Assembly: GCF_000940845.1 (NCBI RefSeq)
Contig: NZ_CP010341.1
Location: 1,320,001 to 1,352,000 of the forward strand
Length of the DNA: 32,000 bases
Source: Propionibacterium freudenreichii subsp. freudenreichii
GTDB taxonomy: Bacteria > Actinomycetota > Actinomycetes > Propionibacteriales > Propionibacteriaceae
Direction: 5' to 3'
Shown: piece after piece, positions 19,995 through 27,770 of the stretch
How the letters are laid out: each line of letters starts with the position of its first letter
How positions within the stretch are numbered: the first letter of the stretch is position 1
Made by a program: the position numbers and the translations under genes
The notes under the pieces: model-generated
Told to the model about the DNA's origin: nothing
Seen by the model: only the letters and a program-made list of their open reading frames with translations
Databases searched by the model: none

Positions 19995-21153
19995 ATGCCC
20001 GTTCTCGTACCCAGCTTCCAGCCGGATCGCCGGCTTGTAGAACTCGTGGGTGACCTGCAGGCACATCCCGACACGAGCGACATCCTGATCGTCAACGACG
20101 GCTCCGGACCGGACTACTCCGCGCTGTTCGCCGCGGCTGCGGCGGCCGACGCCACCGTCATCGGCTATCCCGACAACCGGGGTAAGGGACACGCGCTGCG
20201 GGCGGGCTTCGCCTGGGCGATCGCCAACCGCCCCGGGGAGCCCGTGGTGTGCGCCGACTCGGACGGGCAGCACGCCGCGGCGGACATCAGGGCCGTGGCC
20301 AGGGCCACGGCCCTGATGTCCGCAGGCCTGGTCCTCGGCACGAGGAACTTCGGCTCTCCCCGCGCCCAGCCGGATGCCGAGGGGATCCCGTGGCGCAGCC
20401 GCCTGGGTAACAGGGCGACGGCCCGGCTCTTCGCGTGGGTGACCGGCCTCCACCTGGGCGACACCCAAACGGGCCTTCGGGGGTTGCCCCGCGCCCATGC
20501 TCGGCTGGCTGTGCACCGTCCCCGGCGAGCGCTTCGACTATGAGTTCAGGGTGCTGCTCGAGGCCCACCAAGCGGGCTGGCCCATTGTCGAGATCCCGAT
20601 CACCACCGTCTATTCGCAGCACAATGAATCGTCGCATTTCAGACCAATTCGTGACTCGGCACGCATCTATGCCCCGTTGGTCGGCCACATTGCGCGCTCG
20701 GGGTCCGGGCGTCTGCTGGTCTTTGGCGCCTCCAGCTTCGGGGCCTTCCTGGTGGACCTGGTGCTCCTGCTCCATGCGACCCTCGGGAACCTCCTGGTGT
20801 CCGTGGTGGGCGCCAGACTGGTCAGCTCCGCCGCTAACTACCTGGTGAACGATCGGATCGTCTTCGCCCACGGTGTGGGACGACGCACAACCCGAACCTC
20901 CCTGCCCCGATATGCGCTACTGGCGGGCGTACTGCTGGGTGCCAACTACGGCCTCATGTGGCTTGGCACGGTGCCGCTGCACCTACCGTTGGTGCTCACT
21001 AAATTAGCCACAGAGCTGGGCCTGTTCGCCGTCAGCTACGTGGTGCAGCGCACGCTGGTCTTCATGGGACGCCGAGCACGCACCACGCCCCCCACCTCTG
21101 GACCGGTGAAGGACGTGGTCGCTCGGCGAACCGACGTGCGCGTCAGCGAATGA
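19995..21153 (+). pseudogene. Bifunctional GT2 glycosyltransferase / GtrA-like membrane module gene interrupted by a 1-nt frameshift
   Basis: ORF 19995..20543 carries the N-terminal GT2 half (VPSF, IVNDGSGPDY, DNRGKGHAL, CADSDGQH, DTQTGLRG). ORF 20497..21153, in the +1 frame, continues the same catalytic domain (MLGWLCTVPGERFDYEFRVLLEA, IVEIPITTVY, SSHFRPIRDS) and then a 4-helix GtrA-like tail. The span is 1159 nt (3n+1). The shift lies between 20479 and 20497, a region with G5, C4 and C3 runs. Confidence 0.8.
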
Positions 21154-22336
21154 CGCGGCAGCTGATGGTGTTGGGCACCTCGGCGAGGTCTTCCTCCCAG
21201 CCGGAGGTGGCAGCGGTCACGTCAGTGACGGCGTAGCCCACATCCCCCCGCGTGCTCAGCGCCTGGAAGGCGATGTTCGCGTCATGGCCCGACAACACGG
21301 AGTTCAGCTGGGCCATCACGCCGGGCACATTGCGGTGGATGTGGAGCACCCGTACGCCGTGGCGCGGAGGCGTGTTGACTTCGGGCAGGTTGACGCTCAT
21401 GGAGGTTGAACCGGTGTCCATGTATTCCTGCAGCTTGTTGGCGACATAGCGGCCGATGTCCACCTGTGCTTCCTGGGTGGAACCACCGACGTGCGGGGTG
21501 AGGGTCACATTGGGGATCCCCTGCAGCGGCGACACGAAGCGCTCCCCCGCGGACTTCGGCTCGGTGGGGAACACATCAACCGCAGCACCGGCCAGGTGCC
21601 CGGACTTCAGGTTCTCGGCCAGGGCCTGGTCGTCGAAGACAAAGCCACGGGACAGGTTGAGGAACAAGGAGCGGGGACGCATCGCCGCGAACTGGTCGGC
21701 TCCGAAGAACCCGGCGTTCGACTTGCGCCCGTCGACGTGCAGGGTGACGGTCTCGGCCTTGCTCAGCAGTTCGTCGAGGCTGTCGCACCGCTGCGCGTTG
21801 CCCATGGCCAGCCGATCCTGGATGTCGTAGAAGTAGACGCGCATACCGAAGGCCTCGGCGAGCACGGACAGCTGGGAGCCGATGTTGCCGTAGCCGACGA
21901 TGCCCAGGCGGCGTCCACGGACCTCGTGCGAACCGGTGGCGGACTTGCTCCAGATGCCCTCATGCATCTGGGCGTTGCGATCGGTGAGGTGGCGCGCCAT
22001 CGCGACGATCTCGGCCATGGCCAGCTCGACCACTGAGCGGGTATTGGAATAGGGCGCGTTGAACACCGCCACGCCCTTGGTGGCGCACTGCGGTAGGGCA
22101 ATCTGGTTCGTGCCGATGCAGAAGGCACCGATCGCATTGAGGCCGGCGGGGATCCTGCGCAGCACATTGTCCGTCACGTGGGTGCGGGATCGGATGCCCA
22201 GCAGGTTCACCCCGTCCAGAGCCGAGACCAGCTCTTCCTCACTCAGGGCACCGGCGCGTGTCTCGACGTCATAACCGGCGGCGGTGAGGATGCGGGTGGC
22301 TTCGGGGTGGATGTTCTCGAGCAGGAGTGCCTTCAC
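21143..22336 (-). CDS. serA: D-3-phosphoglycerate dehydrogenase (E. coli-type, with C-terminal ACT domain)
   Basis: Collinear with E. coli SerA throughout, including GIRSRTH, CIGTNQ, FNAPYSNTRSVVEL, GIVGYGNIGSQL, HLAGAAVDVFP, TPHVGGSTQEAQ and HIHRNVPGV. Start taken as GTG 22336 (VKALLLENIH). The listed TTG at 22363 is also possible. Confidence 0.92.
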   Translation of the reverse strand: MKALLLENIHPEATRILTAAGYDVETRAGALSEEELVSALDGVNLLGIRSRTHVTDNVLRRIPAGLNAIGAFCIGTNQIALPQCATKGVAVFNAPYSNTRSVVELAMAEIVAMARHLTDRNAQMHEGIWSKSATGSHEVRGRRLGIVGYGNIGSQLSVLAEAFGMRVYFYDIQDRLAMGNAQRCDSLDELLSKAETVTLHVDGRKSNAGFFGADQFAAMRPRSLFLNLSRGFVFDDQALAENLKSGHLAGAAVDVFPTEPKSAGERFVSPLQGIPNVTLTPHVGGSTQEAQVDIGRYVANKLQEYMDTGSTSMSVNLPEVNTPPRHGVRVLHIHRNVPGVMAQLNSVLSGHDANIAFQALSTRGDVGYAVTDVTAATSGWEEDLAEVPNTISCRVIR

Positions 22337-22396
22337 GCGGCAATAGTAGGGGGCCGCACCCAATCCTCAAGGCCCCATCTCAGTAGGCGTCGGATG

Positions 22397-23239
22397 TCAG
22401 GATCCGCGCGGACCCGTGGCACGCAATCGCGGGATGCTCGCCAGCAGGGTGCGGGTGTATTCCTGCGAGGGATGTTCGTACACCTGTTCGATGTTTCCGT
22501 GCTCCACGATGCGGCCTGATTTCATGACCACGACCGAGTCGCAGACATGTCGGACCACCTCGAGGTCGTGGCTGACGAACAGCAAGGTGAGCTCGTGGCG
22601 GCTGACCAGGTCGGCGAACAGGTTGAGCACATGGGCCCGCACCGACACGTCCAATGCCGACACCGCCTCGTCGGCGATGAGCACATCGGGACTCGGGGCA
22701 ATGGCACGGGCGATCGCGATGCGCTGTCGCTGGCCCCCACTGAACTCGTGGGGATAGTGCTCGGCCGCGTCGGCCTCCAGCTGAACCTGTTCGAGCACCT
22801 CGGCAAGTCGCGCACGATGGTCGCGCGGCACATCGGGACGCCCCCGCAACAGGCGGGAACGCAGGGGCTCAGTGATGATCTGGCCCACCTTCATGCGGGG
22901 GTCCAGGGAACTGCGTGGGTCCTGGAAGACCATCTGCACGCTCGACCTGAGCTCGCCGAGCTGACGCTCCCTGGCGCCGTCGATGCGTTGCCCGCGAAAC
23001 CTGATCTCCCCTGAGCTGGGCGCGATGATCGCGTCGAGCATCCGCACCAACGTCGACTTCCCCGAACCGGACTCCCCCACGATGCCCAACCGCTGGCCGG
23101 CCATCACGTCGAGGTCGATCCCGTCAACGGCCTGCACGTGTCGGTAGCCGCTGCGCGCACCCTGCTCAAAGCCCTTGCGCAGGCCGCGGACGCGGAATTC
23201 CGGAGTTGCAGGGGCGTCACTCATGGTGGTTCCATCCAT
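22397..23239 (-). CDS. Peptide/nickel-type ABC transporter ATP-binding protein (DppF/OppF-like)
   Basis: Walker A GESGSGKST, signature FSGGQRQR and Walker B LIADEAVSALD. An alternative ATG at 23224 would overlap the upstream gene's stop by 8 nt. Confidence 0.9.
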   Translation of the reverse strand: MDGTTMSDAPATPEFRVRGLRKGFEQGARSGYRHVQAVDGIDLDVMAGQRLGIVGESGSGKSTLVRMLDAIIAPSSGEIRFRGQRIDGARERQLGELRSSVQMVFQDPRSSLDPRMKVGQIITEPLRSRLLRGRPDVPRDHRARLAEVLEQVQLEADAAEHYPHEFSGGQRQRIAIARAIAPSPDVLIADEAVSALDVSVRAHVLNLFADLVSRHELTLLFVSHDLEVVRHVCDSVVVMKSGRIVEHGNIEQVYEHPSQEYTRTLLASIPRLRATGPRGS

Positions 23240-24074
23240 CGTCGGGGTTCCAGAAGTCCTCGATCTCGGGCAGCCGCTGCCCCGGTGGCACCGCGCTGAT
23301 GGCGGCGGTGGCGATCAGGCCCCTGGTGTAGGGGTGCTGGGGATTGCCGAGCACCTGCGCCAGCGGTCCTGCCTCGACCAGCTCACCGCGATACATCACG
23401 ATCAGGTCGTCGCACACCTGGGAGACGACGGCCAGGTCATGGCTGATGAACAGGCAGGCGGCATTCACGGCACGCAGTTCGGCGTTGAGCACCTCCAGGA
23501 CGCGAGCCTGCACAGTGACGTCGAGGGCCGTGGTCGGCTCGTCGCAGATCACCAGGCGCGGTCGGTTGATCAGCGCCATGGCGGTCAGGCTGCGTTGGCG
23601 TTGCCCTCCGGACAATTGGTGGGGGAAACTGTCCGCCACCCGACGGGCATCGGGCAGCCCGACCTCGCCGAGCATCTCAAGCACCCGTTCGCGGGCCTTG
23701 CCGGCCGGGGCCCCGCCGTGCAGGCGCAGGGCCTCGGCCACCTGGCGCCCCACGCGCATGGTCGGGTCGAGCGCGGTCATCGGTTCCTGGAAGATCATCG
23801 ACATCGCGTCGCCTCGCAGCTTGGTGTATTCGCCGTCCGACATCCCGACGAGCTCGAGGCCCTCCCAGCGGATGGAACCCTCGACATGGGCGGTCTCCGG
23901 CAGCAGTCCCATCAGGGCCAGGGCGGTGACCGATTTGCCCGAGCCCGACTCACCGATGAGGCCGAGCCGTTGTCCGGCCCGCAGGTCGAAGTCGATACCA
24001 CGCAGGGCCGGGGCACGACGGCGTCCGAAGTCGACCCTCAGGTCACGCACCGCCAGCAGGGGTTCGCCAGCCAT
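23217..24074 (-). CDS. Peptide/nickel-type ABC transporter ATP-binding protein (DppD/OppD-like)
   Basis: Walker A GESGSGKSV, signature LSGGQRQR, Walker B VICDEPTTALD and a C-terminal oligopeptide-type extension. Confidence 0.9.
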   Translation of the reverse strand: MAGEPLLAVRDLRVDFGRRRAPALRGIDFDLRAGQRLGLIGESGSGKSVTALALMGLLPETAHVEGSIRWEGLELVGMSDGEYTKLRGDAMSMIFQEPMTALDPTMRVGRQVAEALRLHGGAPAGKARERVLEMLGEVGLPDARRVADSFPHQLSGGQRQRSLTAMALINRPRLVICDEPTTALDVTVQARVLEVLNAELRAVNAACLFISHDLAVVSQVCDDLIVMYRGELVEAGPLAQVLGNPQHPYTRGLIATAAISAVPPGQRLPEIEDFWNPDDGWNHHE

Positions 24075-24075
24075 C

Positions 24076-24891
24076 TCAGGAGTCCTCCCTCAGGCGGGGA
24101 TCGATGATCTCGCGAAGGCCATCCCCGGTCAGGTTGAACCCGAGCACGGCAATCGCGATGAACAATGCCGGCCACAGTACCTGCAGCCAGTCGGCGTACA
24201 TGTACGGCTGGGCGTCGTACAGCATGCGTCCCCAGGTCGGCGTGGTGGGCGGTGTGCCCAGCCCCAGGTAACTCAATGCGGCTTCGGCGAGCACGGCCAT
24301 GCCCAGGCTCGACGAGGACTGGACCAGGACCACGGGGGCGATATTGGGCAACACATGTGACCTGGCGACCTCCACCCATCCGATGCCCGATGACCGCGAT
24401 GCGGCGATGCAGTCGTGGCTCATCACCCCGCGGGTGGCGGAGTTCGCGACGCGCGCGAAGGCGGGAACGGCCGCGATGCCGATGGCGCTCATCGCGGTCA
24501 GGGTGGTGCCCGAGCCGTTCGCAGCCGCCAGCAGGATGGCCAGGAGGATCGCGGGGAAGGCGTACAGGATGTCGCTGCCCTGCATGATGCGCCGCCCCAC
24601 CTTGGGACGACTCATGCCCGACCAGATGCCCACCGGAACGCCCACGATCGCCCCGATGGCCACCGAGACGACGCCGACCAGCAGGCAACTGCGGGCCCCG
24701 ACCATGAGGCGCGCAAGGATGTCGCGGCCGTAGCCATCGGTGCCCAGGAGGTGGTCACCGCCGGCTCGCAGCAGGGCCTGCTGGGCCTGGACCTTGACCG
24801 GATCGTCAGGCAGCCAGAACAGTCCGACGAGCGCGAACACCACCACGACCGTGAGCAGGCCGACACCCACCACCAGGCTCGCGCGCCTCAC
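24076..24891 (-). CDS. ABC transporter permease (DppC/OppC-like)
   Basis: 271-aa polytopic protein with a BPD-transport EAA-type loop (AASRSSGIGWVEVARSHVLPN). It is tightly packed in the operon. Confidence 0.88.
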   Translation of the reverse strand: MRRASLVVGVGLLTVVVVFALVGLFWLPDDPVKVQAQQALLRAGGDHLLGTDGYGRDILARLMVGARSCLLVGVVSVAIGAIVGVPVGIWSGMSRPKVGRRIMQGSDILYAFPAILLAILLAAANGSGTTLTAMSAIGIAAVPAFARVANSATRGVMSHDCIAASRSSGIGWVEVARSHVLPNIAPVVLVQSSSSLGMAVLAEAALSYLGLGTPPTTPTWGRMLYDAQPYMYADWLQVLWPALFIAIAVLGFNLTGDGLREIIDPRLREDS

Positions 24892-25856
24892 AGCGTGCGC
24901 TCCTGGTCGGGATCACGCAGGCGTGGATCAAGCAGGCGGTAGGCCAGGTCGGCCAGTCCGTTGATCACCAACACCAATGCCACCTGCAACATGACGATGC
25001 CCTGCACAACCGGCAGGTCGCGTTGGTTGACCGTGCTCACCAGCAGGGACCCCATGCCCGGCAGCACGAAGACGTTCTCCACCACGATGCCGCCGGCGAA
25101 CAACGAGGCCAGCTCGAGGCCCAGCACCGTGATCACCTGCAGCGCCGCATTGCGCAGTCCGTGGCGCGCGACCGCTGCGCGGAAGGGCCATCCGATGGAG
25201 CGCGCGGTGCGGAAATAGTCCTCGTTGAGCACATCGATGAAGGCGGACCGCACATAGCGCCCCAAGACGGCTGACTGGACGATCGCCAGGGAGACGACGG
25301 GCAGCACCATGTGGCGCGCCCATTCCACCGGGTCCGCCGTCAGCTTGGTGTAGCCATTGGCCGGCAGCCAGTGCAGCTTCACCGCGAACAACACCGACAG
25401 CAGCAGTCCCGCGAGGAAAGCCGGAACGGCCATCCCGACCTGCGACATCCCGGCGACCAGTAGTCCGTCGAGATGGCGCCGCCGCAGGGCGGAGATCACC
25501 CCCACCGGGATGGCAATCACGATCGACAGGGTCATCCCCAGCAGCACGAGCCAACCGGTCACGGCCAGCTTGGGGGTGATCATCGCCGCGACGCTCACCC
25601 CGGACAGGGCGGACGTGCCCAGGTTGCCCGTGACCAGCCCACCCATCCAGTCCAGGTAGCGCAGCGGCCAGGGCCGGTCCAGCCCCAGCCGCCTCCGCAG
25701 CTCGGCAATCGACTGGGCGTCCGCGTTGGTCCCCAGAATGGTGCCCGCCACATCGCCGGGCAGCAGGTTGACCAACATGAAGATGATCAGCGAGGCAACC
25801 AGGAGCGCCACCACATAGGTGACGACCTGGCGGCCGATCATGCGCGCTACACGCAC
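24888..25856 (-). CDS. ABC transporter permease (DppB/OppB-like)
   Basis: 322-aa polytopic protein with DYFRTARSIGWPFRAAVARHGLRNA (EAA loop). It overlaps the downstream permease by 4 nt. Confidence 0.88.
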   Translation of the reverse strand: MRVARMIGRQVVTYVVALLVASLIIFMLVNLLPGDVAGTILGTNADAQSIAELRRRLGLDRPWPLRYLDWMGGLVTGNLGTSALSGVSVAAMITPKLAVTGWLVLLGMTLSIVIAIPVGVISALRRRHLDGLLVAGMSQVGMAVPAFLAGLLLSVLFAVKLHWLPANGYTKLTADPVEWARHMVLPVVSLAIVQSAVLGRYVRSAFIDVLNEDYFRTARSIGWPFRAAVARHGLRNAALQVITVLGLELASLFAGGIVVENVFVLPGMGSLLVSTVNQRDLPVVQGIVMLQVALVLVINGLADLAYRLLDPRLRDPDQERTL

Positions 25857-25862
25857 AGAGCC

Positions 25863-27386
25863 TCAGAAGTTCTTCGATGAGATCGACGTGATGTCGAAGC
25901 TGCTGGACGTCAAGTTCTTGGGCACTCCCTCAAGATCGGCCCGCGTCACCACGAGGTTCGCCAACAGATAGAGGAAATCGGCGACGGCGTCGGTGGCCAG
26001 GATCCTGGCCGCCTGCTTCATGAGGCCCACCTGTTCATCGGACGGACCGGTCTCTGCCTCGGCGATGAGCTTCTGGAAGTCCGGATTGTTGTAGTGCCAG
26101 TAGTAGCCCGGCTCGGCCCACTTGATGATGTCGCGACCCTCGGCATGCCCAACGATCGTGAGGTCGTAGTTGCTCTTGGTCATCACCTCGTCGATCCACC
26201 GGGTGAAGTCGAGCTGGTCGACATTGACGGTGATTCCGACATCCTTCAGGGCGCTGGCCACGAAGGTCGCCGAGGCCGTCGCATAGGGCAGCGTGGGCAC
26301 GCGCAGCGCCAACGTCAGGTTGTTTTCGTGGCCGGCGTCCTTCAGCAGCTGGCGGGCCTTATCGGGGTCGTAGCCGTAGGTATTGGACAAGTCCTCGTAC
26401 CAGGGATCGGTGGGAGGGACCATCGACCCGATCAGCGTGCCATGGCCGGCCGCCACCGTCTTCAATAGGTCACCACGGTTGATCGCATAGTTGATCGCCT
26501 GGCGCACCCGGATGTCCTGGAAGGCATCCTTCTGGTGGTTGAAGCCCATCACCACCTCGGAATTGGTGGTGCCGTCCAGGATCGTGTACTTGCTCGTGTC
26601 GTTGAACTGGCTCAGTGCCTGGGGGGCCTGCACATTCGAGATGATGTCCAGGTCCCCGCTGCTCATCGCGGCATTCTCCGCGTTGGGGTCGGTGAAGCTC
26701 TTGAAGGTCACCTCGTCGAACTTCGTGGGGGTGCCCCAATATGACCCGGCCCGCTTGAGGGTAACCAACTCGTTCTGGTGCCACTCCTTCATCTCGAAGG
26801 GACCCGAACCGGCCGGCTGCTTGTCGATGTCGTTGATCTTGGTGGGGTCGTAGACGATGCCGGCTGCCTGGGCCATGTAGTAGAGCCAGTTGTTCGACCG
26901 CTGCGACAGCACCACCTCCACCGTCGTGGGGTCCTTGACGTTGACGGCTGCCATCGGGGCAATCTGCTGCTTGATGGCCGAGGTGATCTTGGGCTCGGTC
27001 ATCACCCGGTCGAAGGAGGTCTTGACGGCGTTGGCATCGACTGCGGCGCCGCTGGCGAACTTTGCCTGGGGCTGCAGGTTGAAGGTGTAGGTGAGCCCGT
27101 CATCAGACTGTTCCCATTTCGTGGCCAGCAGCGGCTTGATAGCGCCGTTGTTGTCGAGCTTCACGAGCGTCTCGTAGACGTTGTAGAGCAGCGCCTGCGG
27201 AATGGCGGCCGCGCTGTTGGTCGACGGATCCAGTGCATTGGGAGCCACCGACGTGCCGATCACCAGATTGTGGGCCTGGCTGGAGGCTCCACTGCCGCTA
27301 CCCGAGGTGGAACAGCCCACGAGTGTTGCCATCGACCCGGCGAGAACTGCCCCTATGAGGGGACGACGGCCAACCCTGAATCCCAT
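25863..27386 (-). CDS. ABC transporter substrate-binding lipoprotein, family 5 (DppA/OppA-like)
   Basis: 507 aa. It has a signal peptide with lipobox LVG|C and a Ser/Gly linker, then a typical family-5 SBP N-terminus (LVIGTSVAPNALDP, YNVYETLVKLD, PLLATKWEQSDDGLTYTFNL). Confidence 0.88.
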   Translation of the reverse strand: MGFRVGRRPLIGAVLAGSMATLVGCSTSGSGSGASSQAHNLVIGTSVAPNALDPSTNSAAAIPQALLYNVYETLVKLDNNGAIKPLLATKWEQSDDGLTYTFNLQPQAKFASGAAVDANAVKTSFDRVMTEPKITSAIKQQIAPMAAVNVKDPTTVEVVLSQRSNNWLYYMAQAAGIVYDPTKINDIDKQPAGSGPFEMKEWHQNELVTLKRAGSYWGTPTKFDEVTFKSFTDPNAENAAMSSGDLDIISNVQAPQALSQFNDTSKYTILDGTTNSEVVMGFNHQKDAFQDIRVRQAINYAINRGDLLKTVAAGHGTLIGSMVPPTDPWYEDLSNTYGYDPDKARQLLKDAGHENNLTLALRVPTLPYATASATFVASALKDVGITVNVDQLDFTRWIDEVMTKSNYDLTIVGHAEGRDIIKWAEPGYYWHYNNPDFQKLIAEAETGPSDEQVGLMKQAARILATDAVADFLYLLANLVVTRADLEGVPKNLTSSSFDITSISSKNF

Positions 27387-27468
27387 GTGTCTTCTCCTAG
27401 TGGATCGGCCCGCCCCACGGTGGGGCAGGCTGTGCGAAAGACGGCATGAATGCTACCGCCTGTGCGTA

Positions 27469-27482
27469 CTCGGCGCGCCGAG
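27469..27482. promoter_or_regulatory. Perfect 14-bp palindrome CTCGGCGCGCCGAG upstream of the ABC operon (candidate operator)
   Basis: Read directly from the sequence. It lies 83-96 nt upstream of the SBP start codon (27386), in the only intergenic space available for the operon promoter. Confidence 0.3.
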
Positions 27483-27554
27483 CAGGGCCCGGTGGCACAA
27501 GTGCCGCGGCCACACCCTCCCGGCATCCCTGTGGACCGGGAAGGAAGCGCCCAT

Positions 27555-27583
27555 TTGGTTTTCCTGAAGCTTGTCTGTAATGT
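27555..27583 (+). promoter_or_regulatory. Candidate housekeeping-sigma promoter for tRNA-fMet (TTGGTT-N17-TAATGT)
   Basis: TTGGTT at 27555-27560, a 17-nt spacer and TAATGT at 27578-27583. This places the predicted start a few nt before the mature tRNA 5' end at 27595. The surrounding region is locally AT-richer. Confidence 0.4.
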
Positions 27584-27594
27584 TGAACAGGCGA

Positions 27595-27668
27595 CGCGGG
27601 GTGGAGCAGCTCGGTAGCTCGCTGGGCTCATAACCCAGAGGTCACAGGTTCAAATCCTGTCCCCGCTA
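27595..27668 (+). tRNA. Initiator tRNA-fMet (anticodon CAT), CCA end not encoded
   Basis: It folds by hand as CGCGGGG TG GAGC AGCTCGGTA GCTC G CTGGG CTCATAA CCCAG AGGTC ACAGG TTCAAAT CCTGT CCCCGCT A. Three consecutive G:C pairs close the anticodon stem. The 1:72 position is unpaired (C1/U72), an initiator hallmark. It is near-identical in layout to E. coli tRNA-fMet. The next bases are cga, not cca. Confidence 0.9.
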
Positions 27669-27673
27669 CGAAT

Positions 27674-27709
27674 AATGGTCCTGGTCATAATTGACCAGGA
27701 CCATTTTGC
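27674..27709. terminator. Intrinsic terminator after tRNA-fMet (possibly bidirectional, also serving bioB)
   Basis: Perfect 14-bp stem: aatggtcctggtca (27674-27687) and tgaccaggaccatt (27692-27705), with a 4-nt loop, running into TTTT on the plus strand. Confidence 0.8.
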
Positions 27710-27726
27710 ATGTCCCGGACATCCTC

Positions 27727-27760
27727 CGTGCCGGTGTCCCAGTCGTGCCGGTGTCCCAGT
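27727..27760. repeat. Perfect 17-bp tandem duplication (cgtgccggtgtcccagt x2) in the bioB 3' flank
   Basis: Copies at 27727-27743 and 27744-27760 are identical and directly abutting. They lie 11 nt downstream of the bioB stop codon (27771-27773). Confidence 0.9.
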
Positions 27761-27770
27761 ACTCATCGAC

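Noticed and set aside
27595-27770. tRNA-fMet as an integration site for a genomic island
   Set aside because: There is no integrase, no phage or plasmid genes and no second copy of the tRNA 3' end nearby. The flanking genes are housekeeping (an ABC importer and bioB). The 17-bp tandem repeat does not match the tRNA.
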